Part shown: one piece after another, positions 9,976 to 19,969 of the stretch
Layout of the letters: each line of letters begins with the position of its first letter
Position numbering within the stretch: position 1 is the stretch's first letter
Source of the DNA: Fibrobacteria bacterium
Lineage (GTDB): Bacteria > Fibrobacterota > Fibrobacteria > UBA11236 > JADFYW01
Length of the DNA stretch: 64,000 nt
NCBI GenBank assembly: GCA_050294405.1
Contig: JBNKOC010000012.1
Span: 463,425-527,424 of the forward strand
Direction of reading: 5' to 3'
Made by a program: the position numbers and the translations under genes
The notes under the pieces: model-generated
What the model was told of the DNA's origin: nothing
The model's input: only the letters and a program-made list of their open reading frames with translations
Database searches by the model: none

Positions 9976-11583
9976 ATGACTGAATTTATCTACGAACCGC
10001 TTTTTCAGCACGGAGAGGACAAAACAAAGTATCGATTGCTTAGCTCCGATTATGTAAAAACCTTTAATGTTAATGGAAAAGAGGTATTGGAAGTCGAACC
10101 CGAAGCCCTGGAATTATTGGCTGAACAGGCCATGAAGGACGTCTCTTTTTATTTGCGATCTGCCCATCTATCCAGCTTAAGAAAAATTCTGGAAGACCCC
10201 GAAGCTTCGGAAAATGATAAATTTGTGGCTCGCAACCTTTTGGAAAATGCCGTTATTGCCAAAGAAGGAAAACTTCCGTCTTGCCAGGACACCGGCACCG
10301 CTGTGGTTATGGCAAAAAAAGGAGGGCGGGTCTGGACCGATGAAAATGATTCGTTACATCTTTCCAAAGGGATATACAAAACATACGCAGAAAATAACTT
10401 GCGCTATTCCCAAGTTGTAGCCCAATCCATGTTTGAAGAAAAAAATACAGGCACAAACTTACCCGCTCAAATAGATATATCTGCTGTGGCTGGAAATGAA
10501 TATTCCTTTTTGTTCCTGGCCAAGGGCGGTGGCTCTGCCAATAAAACTTTTTTGTATCAAAAAACAAAATCCCTCTTAACGGAAAATGCCATGGTGAAAT
10601 TTGTTAAAAAAGAAATATTAACATTGGGGACATCGGCATGCCCCCCTTACCATCTAGCCATTGTAATTGGAGGCACATCCGCTGAGAGCACTCTTAAAAC
10701 AGTAAAATTGGCCAGCGCGGGTTATTTGGATAATCTGCCCACCAGCGGGAATGAACACGGCAGGGCTTTTCGGGATTTGGAATGGGAAGAAAAAATTGCA
10801 AATATCGCCCTCAATACCGGTATTGGCGCTCAATTTGGAGGCAAATATTTTATTCACGATGTAAGGGTAATTCGCTTATCTAGGCACGCGGCTTCCTGTC
10901 CTGTTGGCATGGGGGTTAGCTGTAGTGCAGATAGAAACATTAAGGGAAAAATCACATCGAAAGGAATTTTTCTGGAACAGTTGGAAACTGAACCTGAAAA
11001 GTATTTGGAAGGCATTGAAACCAGTGCCCAGGAAGCAGTGGCTGTGGATTTAAACCGGCCCATGGATGAAATTTTAAAGCAACTATCTCAATATCCCATT
11101 AAAACAAGGCTTTCGTTATCAGGGGATGTTATTGTGGCTCGTGATATGGCCCATGCAAAGGTAAAAGAGTTAGTTGATTCAGGAAAAGAAATGCCGGAGT
11201 ATTTTAAAAACCATCCCATATATTATGCCGGACCTGCTAAAACCCCTGAAGGAATGCCTTCGGGCAGCTTTGGTCCTACTACTGCGGGGAGAATGGACCC
11301 CTATGTTGATGGCTTTATGGCCCTGGGAGGATCTAAAATTATGTTAGCTAAGGGAAACCGAAGCAAAGCGGTTCGGGATGCCTGTAAAAAATACGGAGGC
11401 TTTTATTTGGGAAGTATTGGGGGACCCGCTGCAATTCTGGCTAAGCAAAACATCCTTAAAGTGGAAATGGTCGATTTTGAGGAATTGGGAATGGAAGCCA
11501 TAAGGAAAATTTCTGTCAAAAACTTTCCTGCTTTTATTGTTTGCGACGATAAAGGGAACGATTTTTTTGAAGGCCTCAGCTAA
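9976..11583 (+). CDS. fumA: class I (Fe-S dependent) fumarate hydratase, FumA/FumB/TtdAB-type
   Basis: 535 aa. Conserved class-I fumarase motifs: [15 protein letters not shown] in the N-terminal catalytic domain, and a C-terminal beta-domain ([14 protein letters not shown]..., YYAGPAKTP). Confidence 0.85.
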   Translation: MTEFIYEPLFQHGEDKTKYRLLSSDYVKTFNVNGKEVLEVEPEALELLAEQAMKDVSFYLRSAHLSSLRKILEDPEASENDKFVARNLLENAVIAKEGKLPSCQDTGTAVVMAKKGGRVWTDENDSLHLSKGIYKTYAENNLRYSQVVAQSMFEEKNTGTNLPAQIDISAVAGNEYSFLFLAKGGGSANKTFLYQKTKSLLTENAMVKFVKKEILTLGTSACPPYHLAIVIGGTSAESTLKTVKLASAGYLDNLPTSGNEHGRAFRDLEWEEKIANIALNTGIGAQFGGKYFIHDVRVIRLSRHAASCPVGMGVSCSADRNIKGKITSKGIFLEQLETEPEKYLEGIETSAQEAVAVDLNRPMDEILKQLSQYPIKTRLSLSGDVIVARDMAHAKVKELVDSGKEMPEYFKNHPIYYAGPAKTPEGMPSGSFGPTTAGRMDPYVDGFMALGGSKIMLAKGNRSKAVRDACKKYGGFYLGSIGGPAAILAKQNILKVEMVDFEELGMEAIRKISVKNFPAFIVCDDKGNDFFEGLS

Positions 11584-11591
11584 GAGGCCTT
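11570..11591. terminator. 8-bp stem hairpin at the convergent fumA/gpmA junction; possible bidirectional terminator
   Basis: AAGGCCTC-agctaa-GAGGCCTT is a perfect inverted repeat that spans the fumarase stop codon and sits 14 nt from the gpmA stop. Preceded by T7 on the plus strand. No canonical U-tract follows in either direction. Confidence 0.3.
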
Positions 11592-11604
11592 GGAAATTAA
11601 ACAA

Positions 11605-12366
11605 TTAAGCTTGGGCAGCCGCCTTGCCTTGAGCGGCAACAGCAGCCATGGCGGCCTTGATAGCTTCTTCATCACCCAGATAGTAATGTTTAGTGGGTTT
11701 TAAATTTTCATCTAACTCATAGACCAGCGGAGTTCCGGTGGGAATGTTTAATTTTAAAATTTCTTCCTGAGACATTTTATCCAGAAACATCACCAAAGCT
11801 CTGAGGCTATTTCCATGAGCGGCAATAATTAAGTTCTTGCCAGCTTTTACTTCGGGCACAATGGTGTTTTCCCAAAAGGGAACCACTCTTTCCACAGTTT
11901 CCTTTAAACTTTCAGTTTTGGGAAGCTCCGCTTCTGAAAGTGATTTGTATCTCGGGTCGTTGCCGGGATATCGCTCATCAGATGTATCCAATTCCGGAGG
12001 AGGAACATCGTAGCTTCTACGCCAGATTTTTACTTGCTCTTCACCATGCTTGGCCGCTGTTTCAGACTTGTCCAGGCCCTGAAGCCCGCCGTAATGGCGC
12101 TCGTTCAGCTTCCAGGTTTTTTCCACAGGAATCCACATTAAATCCATCTCTTTTAAAATATTCCAAAGTGTTCCAATGGCCCGTTTAAGAACAGATGTAT
12201 AAGCCTTATCAAAAACAAAGCCGTTTTCCTTCAGTAATTTTCCGGCGGTTTTAGCTTCGCCTTCGCCTTTTTCCGAAAGGGACACATCGGTCCAACCTGT
12301 AAACCTGTTTTCCTTATTCCAAACGCTTTCCCCATGTCTTACCAGCACAATTTTATACATAAGCAT
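11605..12366 (-). CDS. gpmA: 2,3-bisphosphoglycerate-dependent phosphoglycerate mutase
   Basis: N-terminal histidine-phosphatase signature [21 protein letters not shown]. 253 aa. Full-length similarity to the dPGM family. Confidence 0.9.
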   Translation of the reverse strand: MLMYKIVLVRHGESVWNKENRFTGWTDVSLSEKGEGEAKTAGKLLKENGFVFDKAYTSVLKRAIGTLWNILKEMDLMWIPVEKTWKLNERHYGGLQGLDKSETAAKHGEEQVKIWRRSYDVPPPELDTSDERYPGNDPRYKSLSEAELPKTESLKETVERVVPFWENTIVPEVKAGKNLIIAAHGNSLRALVMFLDKMSQEEILKLNIPTGTPLVYELDENLKPTKHYYLGDEEAIKAAMAAVAAQGKAAAQA

Positions 12367-12460
12367 TCCTTTCCATTTTCCTGTTCAATATATTACAAAT
12401 CGGGATGAATTACAAAATAGGGCAAAATTAGTTTTTTTTGCCTGTATTTAGCAGAACTGA

Positions 12461-13453
12461 CTATGGGGTGTCGGGCATTAGCACATCGATTTCCTTTATT
12501 TCCTTGGCCTTATCAGCGCCATCATCTGAAAAATAAAAGTAACCGGCGGCAGCCCCGCCTACCATAAGGCCTGTGCCCAATCCTAAATACCACCATTTTT
12601 TAGTGGAAGGGGGTTTCACATATTCCGGGCCTTCTCCGGATCGCTCGTATTTCACCAGGTTTTCTTCCAAATCCGGTTCGGCATTAGGATCAATTTTTTG
12701 CCCGCTTACCCCATAAAAGTCCATAAAAAAGCGGTTTGTTTCTTCAGCAACATCCATCAAAAGTTCCTGGTTGGCGTGGAATACTAACTTGGTATAACCT
12801 TGACCATTTTTTGCGATACCGCGTTTTGTCTGTATTTTGTTAACCAGATTGGAGTGCATGGGCTCCATTACATCAGCTTCTTCCTTAGTATTCAAGAAAC
12901 TCACAATGACTTTTTTCTTATCCATAGATAAAAACACAAACTTTTCTGGGGGAACCCTATCAAATTCGGATTTAACCGAGAGACTGTTTTCCTCGTTACT
13001 GCGAAAGGCCATGGATTTAAGTATAGAAGGCTCTTCCTTTCTGTTGACTTCCAGCCAACTGAAAACTGCGCTTAAATTGTTTTGGCTAACTTCGTTGCGA
13101 ACGGGTATTTTTTTTTCCAGGTAAATAGTGACCTGAGTTTGGGTAATTCCTTCTTTTTGAATTTGATCAGCCTCAATATGCTGGACCGGACGAAGAATTT
13201 CCAAATTGGGAACCACCGTAGTGGAGCATTCTTTGAATTGATACACCAATAAGGTGATGTTGCCATCTGAATTTGAATTTAAATTGTACTCTGGAACCAA
13301 GGAGCTAAATTCAAATTTAACATAGGGTCCGTCCCTGTTTTCCAGAACTTTAATTCCTTCTAAAACTGTAGACCAACTAGGCAATGCAGCCAAAAACAGA
13401 AATAATAAAATTGAGCCAGGTGCTGCCTTCCTGGATTTATACTTGAAAATCAA
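12461..13453 (-). CDS. hypothetical exported protein with a C-terminal membrane anchor
   Basis: N-terminal signal peptide (PGSILLFLFLAALPSWS). C-terminal Gly-rich TM helix (WWYLGLGTGLMVGGAAAGYFYF). No recognisable catalytic motif. Confidence 0.4.
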   Translation of the reverse strand: MIFKYKSRKAAPGSILLFLFLAALPSWSTVLEGIKVLENRDGPYVKFEFSSLVPEYNLNSNSDGNITLLVYQFKECSTTVVPNLEILRPVQHIEADQIQKEGITQTQVTIYLEKKIPVRNEVSQNNLSAVFSWLEVNRKEEPSILKSMAFRSNEENSLSVKSEFDRVPPEKFVFLSMDKKKVIVSFLNTKEEADVMEPMHSNLVNKIQTKRGIAKNGQGYTKLVFHANQELLMDVAEETNRFFMDFYGVSGQKIDPNAEPDLEENLVKYERSGEGPEYVKPPSTKKWWYLGLGTGLMVGGAAAGYFYFSDDGADKAKEIKEIDVLMPDTP

Positions 13454-13643
13454 AAATTGCCCTCGGAAAATTATTTTCTGCCAAAGCCCCTCGTCCCATT
13501 AATCCTAGCACAAGGTTTAATTTTCATCAATTTAAAAAACCGCGAGCCAAAATACCCAGGTTGAAAAGCTTAATTTGATAAAATTTAATTAAATCAAATA
13601 ACTAAAAAAAATAAAAAAACTAAATAATTGGATTTTTATTCCA

Positions 13644-13664
13644 TAATGGGAATTTTTCCCATTA
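13644..13664 (-). terminator. 9-bp stem / 3-nt loop hairpin immediately 3' of the TPR gene; possible terminator but lacks a U-tract
   Basis: TAATGGGAA-ttt-TTCCCATTA is a perfect inverted repeat at 13644-13652 / 13656-13664, 6 nt downstream of the gene end at 13670. No U-run follows on either strand. Confidence 0.25.
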
Positions 13665-13669
13665 AAGGC

Positions 13670-14698
13670 TTATTTGTTTGTGGCCAAATATTTTTTTCCC
13701 TCTTCGGATTGAGGGTAAGCCTTCAGCAATTTTTGGTATTCTTTTTTGGCCTTTTGTTTTTGGTTTTCGCTGGCCAGGGCATCGCAATACTGCTCCCAGG
13801 TTTTTTGATCCCGTTTTTCCTCAGGTATCTTGGAAAAGTGGCTGATGGCCTCCTTGTAATTTTCCCTTTTGAAATAAATTTTGGCCAATAGCCCGTGAAC
13901 AGTGGGGCTTGGGTTTTTCATATTGTTAAAAAATATTTTTGCATGAGAATAGTTGCCCTGGAAAAAATAAAGAATACCCTGTGCTTCCAACAGAGTTTCA
14001 TCATTGGGAGTGGAGGTAATCAGGGCCATTAATTTTTGTTGAAACTTAGCGGTATCGATCTTTGTTTTTTGAAGTTTGTTTATGGCGGCAATCGTTTTGT
14101 GGAACTCCATTTTTTTCCCCAACTGGGAATCCCTATTTTGGTTGTCCACAGCCAATTCTTCCATTTGGGCTTGTCCTAACATGTTGGCAAAAAACAAATG
14201 GCTTCCCGGTGTCATGCTCAACTCTTCCAGAACCTGAACGTAATCAGGGTCAGCCCCATTAGATCCCTGTTTTTCCATGAATTTTAAATAATTGATAGCC
14301 TGCACCATATCTTTGGGATTCATTTCAAATAACTTCTTATAGCACTCTTTTTGGCCCTGAATGGTTCCGGACTTTTTTAGGGATTTTAAATAACGGCTTA
14401 TGTTTCGATAGTCTTTGGGAAACATATCCACCAACACCTTGTATACGTCCCGGGCAGAGCTCCAGTTCTCATCGTACTCATAGGCTTCGGCCAAACCAGC
14501 CAAAATCATGGGGTTTTCCGGTTCTAACTTTTGGGCGATTTTATAGTTACTTATGGCCTTAGCATAGTCCTCTTCTTCCATAAATTTTTCAGCCTGCCCC
14601 AGCGCTTGTTTTAAATTATCTGGGCTAGGCCAGGCACAAATTATTCCGAAAACTATGCATATGTTGATTTTGCACAATAACTTTACAACGGAATTCAT
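13670..14698 (-). CDS. tetratricopeptide-repeat (TPR) protein, exported
   Basis: Multiple 34-residue TPR-like units (W-LG-Y-A-F-P motifs, e.g. AKAISNYKIAQKLEPENPMILAGLAEAYEY). N-terminal hydrophobic signal. Confidence 0.6.
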   Translation of the reverse strand: MNSVVKLLCKINICIVFGIICAWPSPDNLKQALGQAEKFMEEEDYAKAISNYKIAQKLEPENPMILAGLAEAYEYDENWSSARDVYKVLVDMFPKDYRNISRYLKSLKKSGTIQGQKECYKKLFEMNPKDMVQAINYLKFMEKQGSNGADPDYVQVLEELSMTPGSHLFFANMLGQAQMEELAVDNQNRDSQLGKKMEFHKTIAAINKLQKTKIDTAKFQQKLMALITSTPNDETLLEAQGILYFFQGNYSHAKIFFNNMKNPSPTVHGLLAKIYFKRENYKEAISHFSKIPEEKRDQKTWEQYCDALASENQKQKAKKEYQKLLKAYPQSEEGKKYLATNK

Positions 14699-14834
14699 AA
14701 ATTCAACTTTTCCTATAATTGATTACTTCCCAATATTTATAATAAGGAAAAAATCAATTTTCACCTTGGTCTTTTTTAAAAAACGCTGGCTGGTTTTATA
14801 AATAGACCCTTAAAATCCCTATTTTAAGGGCTTC

Positions 14835-15956
14835 TTAGGCGGCTACACCGCTTTTTTTATGGAGGGCCCATTTGTCCAGGGCTACGGCGGTAGTTAATAT
14901 CAGGCCTAATATCAGCTTTTGAACAGGAGAAGCTATTCCAACCTGTTCCATGCCATTGAGGATGCTTGCCATTAAAACGGCCCCTAGTAAAGACATCCAA
15001 ATTGATCCGGTACCTCCCTTTAAGCTGGCTCCCCCTAAAACGCAGGCTGCGATGGCGTAAAGTTCCTGGTAATCCCCTATATCCGGAGCGCCAGCCATAA
15101 GTTGGGTTGTGGCTACGGTTCCTGCGGCCAGAACCATTATAGCCATTAACATAAACACCAAAATGGTGATTTTAGAGGTGTTAACTCCTGCATAATATGC
15201 CGCCTCTGGATTAGATCCCACGGCGTACAATTGCCTGCCAAAACGGGTCTTGTTCGCTAAAAAACTATAAATTGCAGCCAGAACTACCATTAACATGGCG
15301 CAAAAAGGAATTCCCCTGTCCTGGTTGCAAACCAGAGTTATTCCAAGGCTTAATATACCAACCAGAAAAAACCTCGCAACCAACCCCAATGGAGCATCTG
15401 CTGGGATTTGTTTTGACTTTTGCCTTCTGATTTTAAGCAGGCCCGACATCAAAATTTGCAGGGGGATGTAGCAAGCAATAACCAGGGCTAATGTTTTTGG
15501 CAAGTATCCCTGGCCGATGTACAGATAGGTTTCATTTAAAATGGGAATAACGGGATTTGCAATTAAATGTTTAAGCCCCATATATGCCATAAGACCGGAA
15601 AGCGTTACAATAAACGATGGCACCTTTAAATACACCACACATATTCCATGTATAAGGCCCATGGTTAAGGCTAAGCAAATTCCAATTACAAATACAACTG
15701 GCAAAGGCAATTGCTGATTTGTTAGAAAGTAGGCGCCATAGGCGCCTAAAAGGCCTAGGCCCGAACCGACTGATAAGTCAATGTGGCCGTTTACTATGAC
15801 TAATGTCATGCCGATGGACAATAGGCCAACCACAGAAACATATTTAAAGAGATTTACGAAATTGGCCGGATTGAAGACGGCTCCATCCGATAAAAAATGA
15901 AAGAGTAAAAGTATAAGCGGTATAGCCACTAAAAGGGTTATTAGTCTTTGATTCAT
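14835..15956 (-). CDS. xylH: sugar ABC transporter permease (XylH/RbsC family)
   Basis: 373 aa, ~10 TM helices. Last gene of a three-gene operon downstream of an XylF-like binding protein and a tandem-ATPase subunit. Confidence 0.75.
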   Translation of the reverse strand: MNQRLITLLVAIPLILLLFHFLSDGAVFNPANFVNLFKYVSVVGLLSIGMTLVIVNGHIDLSVGSGLGLLGAYGAYFLTNQQLPLPVVFVIGICLALTMGLIHGICVVYLKVPSFIVTLSGLMAYMGLKHLIANPVIPILNETYLYIGQGYLPKTLALVIACYIPLQILMSGLLKIRRQKSKQIPADAPLGLVARFFLVGILSLGITLVCNQDRGIPFCAMLMVVLAAIYSFLANKTRFGRQLYAVGSNPEAAYYAGVNTSKITILVFMLMAIMVLAAGTVATTQLMAGAPDIGDYQELYAIAACVLGGASLKGGTGSIWMSLLGAVLMASILNGMEQVGIASPVQKLILGLILTTAVALDKWALHKKSGVAA

Positions 15957-17542
15957 ACCAGCATGGCCCCTGTAGCTAGTGATAAAATTTCTTCAGCCAA
16001 ATTAGGATTTCCTTCAAATTCTTTAACAATAGTCCCGCTGTTCATAACATAAATCCTGTGAGACAAATTTAAAACTTCTTCATTTTCAGAACTACATAAA
16101 ATAATGCATATGCCCATTTGAGCCAATTCGTTGATTAACTTGTATATTTCAAATTTTGCACCCACATCAATTCCCCGGGTAGGATCGTCCAGGAGCAACA
16201 ACTTAGGATTTGTAAGCAAGTATCGGCCAATAATTAATTTTTGCTGGTTTCCCCCGGATAATTTGCTAATAAGAGTATTATGAGATTCAAATTTAGCAGA
16301 TAACTTAGTGCGTATTTCCTCAACATTCTTCCATTCATTCGCTCCCTTTATTACTCCCCATTTTGAGATACGCTTTAAGGAGCTGAGTGTAACATTTTTG
16401 GCAACAGATTTATCCGGAAAAATACCCTTTTTCCTTCTATCCTCACAAACCAAGGCGATTCCTTTTGAAGCAGCCTGAGAGGGGCTATTTATTTTTCGAG
16501 TTTGTCCTTCTATATACATGGCTCCACTGAACTTTCCATTTTGAACTCCCCCAATACATTCCAGAAGTTCTGTTCGGCCGGAGCCCATTAATCCGGCTAA
16601 CCCAATAATTTCTCCTGGGTAAATTTTTAAATTAATATTTCGCAAAGCTGTCTGATTGTTCCTTTTTCCCGGGTTTAAGCATAAGTTCTTAGTTTCAAGA
16701 AATGGAATTGTATTTGCATCAATTTGCGGCGGGCTTGTTCGTGTCGGGAAGGCTTGGTTTAAAGGCTTTCCAATCATGGCCTGAATTATTTTTTCCGGCG
16801 CGAAATTTTCCCTGGAAAAGATATCCACCAGTTTCCCGTTTCGTAGAACATCAATGATATCTGCAATTTTGAAAACTTCATTTAGTTTATGGGTCACATA
16901 CATAATAGATGTGCCCTGATCTTTTAATCTCAATACCAAATTCAATAAATTTTCAGTTTCCGGTTGGGAAAGGGCGGAGGTGGGTTCGTCCAGAATTAAC
17001 AATTTGCATTTTGTGCGAAGAGCTTTGGCTATTTCTACAATTTGCATTTGTCCTACGGCAAGCCCGGAAACCATAGTAGTGGGTAACAGCTGGGGTTGGT
17101 TTAATCTGTTTAAAAGTTGCAATGTTTCGAAATACATTTTTTCAAAATCAAGGCTTATCCCTTTTTTTATTTCGCAGCCTAAAAAAATATTCTCCATTAT
17201 GTTCATGTCAGGCACCAGGGATAATTCCTGGTGTATAATGGATATGCCGGCGTCAAGGGCATCCTTGGTTTGGTGGAATGGATTTAATTTATTTTCAAAT
17301 ATTAAATCGCCACCGTAACTGCCTTTTGGCCAAATGCCTGCGATAATTTTAATTAGCGTGGATTTTCCTGCGCCATTTTCACCGCAGAGGCCGTGAACTT
17401 CTCCGGGTTTTATTTCCAGGCTGCAGTCTTCCAGAACTTTCAGCGCACCAAAAGATTTGGTCAGTTTTTGTATGCGCAATAGTGAGTTGCCGTTATTTAG
17501 AAAGCTATTCTCCAAATACATCCTTTTCGCTGTGGAATCCAT
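15953..17542 (-). CDS. xylG: sugar ABC transporter ATP-binding protein with duplicated ATPase domains (XylG/RbsA/MglA type)
   Basis: Two Walker A motifs (GENGAGKST; GLMGSGRTE). ABC signatures (LSGGNQQKL). Walker B (LLILDEPT; LLLLDDPTRGIDV). Overlaps the permease by 4 nt. Confidence 0.85.
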   Translation of the reverse strand: MDSTAKRMYLENSFLNNGNSLLRIQKLTKSFGALKVLEDCSLEIKPGEVHGLCGENGAGKSTLIKIIAGIWPKGSYGGDLIFENKLNPFHQTKDALDAGISIIHQELSLVPDMNIMENIFLGCEIKKGISLDFEKMYFETLQLLNRLNQPQLLPTTMVSGLAVGQMQIVEIAKALRTKCKLLILDEPTSALSQPETENLLNLVLRLKDQGTSIMYVTHKLNEVFKIADIIDVLRNGKLVDIFSRENFAPEKIIQAMIGKPLNQAFPTRTSPPQIDANTIPFLETKNLCLNPGKRNNQTALRNINLKIYPGEIIGLAGLMGSGRTELLECIGGVQNGKFSGAMYIEGQTRKINSPSQAASKGIALVCEDRRKKGIFPDKSVAKNVTLSSLKRISKWGVIKGANEWKNVEEIRTKLSAKFESHNTLISKLSGGNQQKLIIGRYLLTNPKLLLLDDPTRGIDVGAKFEIYKLINELAQMGICIILCSSENEEVLNLSHRIYVMNSGTIVKEFEGNPNLAEEILSLATGAMLV

Positions 17543-18554
17543 CTTTTATTACCGTCTCTTTTAAATTTTCTTTTGTAACGGGGATGGGAGGGAGAAATAA
17601 GACAGGAACATCGAAAGGGCCGTTTTTAATGTTACTGTTAGGAGGGCTGAATGAGCCTTCTTTTATTTTTTTCACTGCCTCTGCGGCCGCAATTTCGGCC
17701 AGTTGCTTAATGGGCTTATATACAGTAACGGTTTGGAGCCCTTTGGCCACGTTTTGGCAAGCTTGCAAATCCGCATCCTGGCCGGATACGGGAATTTTTC
17801 CAGCAAGGCCCTTGTCTTTAAGGGCGGCAATAGCTCCCGAGGCAGTTCCATCATTGCTGGCAATAATGGCGTCAATTTTGTGCTTGGATAAGGCGTCGGC
17901 GGCAATTCTCTGTGCTTCGCTTCGCATCCATTTATCGCAATACTGGTTTACAACCACATTGATTTCTTTTTTGCCTATGGCCTCTTTGATGATGTTCATA
18001 TGGCCTTGATGTATCATATCAGAATTCTTGTCCCCTGGGTCGCCTTTTAAAATTAAATAGTTTCCTGAAGGCACTTTTTCCATAATGGCTTTAGCCTGGA
18101 TTTCGCCAACCACAACGTTGTTAAATGACAAGTAAAGATCCACAGGGGCGTTTCCGATTAATCTATCATAGGAAATTACCGGCACTTTGTACGTTTTCGC
18201 ATTTTGAACAATGGGTCTGGCCGCGTCTGCATTTTTTGGGATAACCACCAGTAACTTAACCCCTTTGGCCAACAGGGCATCGCACTGTCTGAGCTGCGCA
18301 TTTGGATCGCCGCCTGCATCTTGTACAATAACATCTGCGCCCAACTCTTTAGCCTTGGATACAAAATAATCCCGATCTCTTTGCCAGCGTTCTTCTTTTA
18401 AATCGGCCATAGACAAACCGATCAAAATTTTATCTGATTCATTTGCTTGAGTTTCGCCGCTTTCCGATTTTTTTTCATTACATCCCGATAAAGTGAATGC
18501 TACCAGGAGCAGGTTTGTTACTAACATAACCACATTTTTAATTTTCCAAAACAT
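17505..18554 (-). CDS. xylF: periplasmic D-xylose-binding protein (XylF-like)
   Basis: Lipoprotein-type signal (LLVAFTLSGC). Collinear similarity to XylF family, recalled from E. coli XylF: KILIGLSMADLKEERWQRDRDYFVSKAKELGADVIVQDA...; GVKLLVVIP; NDGTASGAIAALKDKGLAGKIPVSGQDADL. Confidence 0.8.
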   Translation of the reverse strand: MFWKIKNVVMLVTNLLLVAFTLSGCNEKKSESGETQANESDKILIGLSMADLKEERWQRDRDYFVSKAKELGADVIVQDAGGDPNAQLRQCDALLAKGVKLLVVIPKNADAARPIVQNAKTYKVPVISYDRLIGNAPVDLYLSFNNVVVGEIQAKAIMEKVPSGNYLILKGDPGDKNSDMIHQGHMNIIKEAIGKKEINVVVNQYCDKWMRSEAQRIAADALSKHKIDAIIASNDGTASGAIAALKDKGLAGKIPVSGQDADLQACQNVAKGLQTVTVYKPIKQLAEIAAAEAVKKIKEGSFSPPNSNIKNGPFDVPVLFLPPIPVTKENLKETVIKDGFHSEKDVFGE

Positions 18555-19091
18555 TTATACCCCGAATTGTTTTTAAATGGCAAAATCCCCATGCCAGTAG
18601 AATTTAAAGTTGTCCAATTAAAATTAATAAATATTGCTGGGAGATGAAAAGAATCCTCATTTCGTAGTTGATGTTTTTTTTCGCTCCATTATATGGCTCT
18701 TGGGGTGAACTTTTATTTTGGCTAGAGCAGGCGTTTAATTGCCAGGCTTTGATTATTGAATATGAATTAAATTTAAACAGGCTGGAATTATAAGGATAGT
18801 GGAGTATGTTATGGAGAAAGAAGAAAGTAAGACTGGTGCCTTTTGAAGTACCCGTTAGTGAATGATGATTTTGTCTGGCTTTTATAATCCTCATGAATGA
18901 TTAGAAGTTCTAAGTTTATTACTCAAAACGGGTGTCGAAAAAATTTACACTCATCTTAATAGAGGTTTTGCGCCTTAATTTTGCTAAGTTCCCCACAATT
19001 ATTGGTCTAATCTTCCTGAATACATTTGAATAGGAATTTTAATTTGTTAACTTTTTGAGGTTAGAAGCTGAATTTTTGATTTGAGGGATTT

Positions 19092-19850
19092 ATGAAAATT
19101 TTTACAAAATTTTGCGGTGTTGCATTTGTCATGTCCTTGTGTGTTTCCACTCAAGCCAGCATTATTTTTGATGATTTATCTTCTCAAACAATTCTACGGG
19201 CTGATGACGCCTTAGGGGCTTATAACTCTTCCACGCAATCTTTGCTGAGTTCTTTCTCTGATACTTTAATAGATGGCGAAAACCTGAATTTAACTAGTCT
19301 TGTGGCAAATATTAGCGAATACGAAGCCAGTTTTGATATTGATATGTTTCATCGACGCAGTGCGGAATTAACCGCAATTTCATTCAGCTCCGGGGCGCTT
19401 TATTTTGATGTGGATCAATTAACAGAGTACAGTTTGGCAGGGTACTACACCCAGGATGGGGCCAACGATTTTTACCAGTATGTGGTTTTGAAAAACATTT
19501 CAACTAATCAGATTTATTTTGAGGGTGGAGCGCAGGATTTGCTGGGAAATGAGAATTATTTCACTTTAGGTAATATTAATAATAGCGATTACTATTCCGT
19601 GGTTACCGGAGATTTGTCAGGCTCACTGTCTGCTGGAAGCTACATGCTTGAATATCGTTACCATACTCAGAACCATCCAGCTGGTGCCATTACTCGGCTC
19701 GATGCCGCAGCTCAGGGCGATTTGCATTTTACTTTAGCTCAGGCTCAAGGCCCAGGAACTGTTCCCGAACCCTTATCCCTAGCCTTATTTGGAATGGGGA
19801 GCTTGGTATTTGGTTTTTTCGGATTCAAAAAAAAGTCAAATAAGGCTTAA
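19092..19850 (+). CDS. PEP-CTERM sorting-domain protein (exosortase substrate)
   Basis: N-terminal signal peptide. C-terminal VPEP motif followed by a TM helix and basic tail (VPEPLSLALFGMGSLVFGFFGFKKKSNKA), coding about 19761-19847. Confidence 0.75.
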   Translation: MKIFTKFCGVAFVMSLCVSTQASIIFDDLSSQTILRADDALGAYNSSTQSLLSSFSDTLIDGENLNLTSLVANISEYEASFDIDMFHRRSAELTAISFSSGALYFDVDQLTEYSLAGYYTQDGANDFYQYVVLKNISTNQIYFEGGAQDLLGNENYFTLGNINNSDYYSVVTGDLSGSLSAGSYMLEYRYHTQNHPAGAITRLDAAAQGDLHFTLAQAQGPGTVPEPLSLALFGMGSLVFGFFGFKKKSNKA

Positions 19851-19969
19851 ATCCCTTTAAAACCGGGGTATTTCCCAAACTTCCCAATTTTTTTTTGTGG
19901 CCCAATCGAAATTGGCGTGAAAAGCTTTGTAATAATTTATAGCTTTTTAATGTCAATAATCGAGCAGTC

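Noticed and set aside
18604-18894. 96-aa minus-strand ORF in the 540-nt leader between xylF and the PEP-CTERM gene
   Set aside because: Lies in an AT-rich intergenic region. The translation is low-complexity and lacks any signal. Most likely non-coding regulatory DNA.
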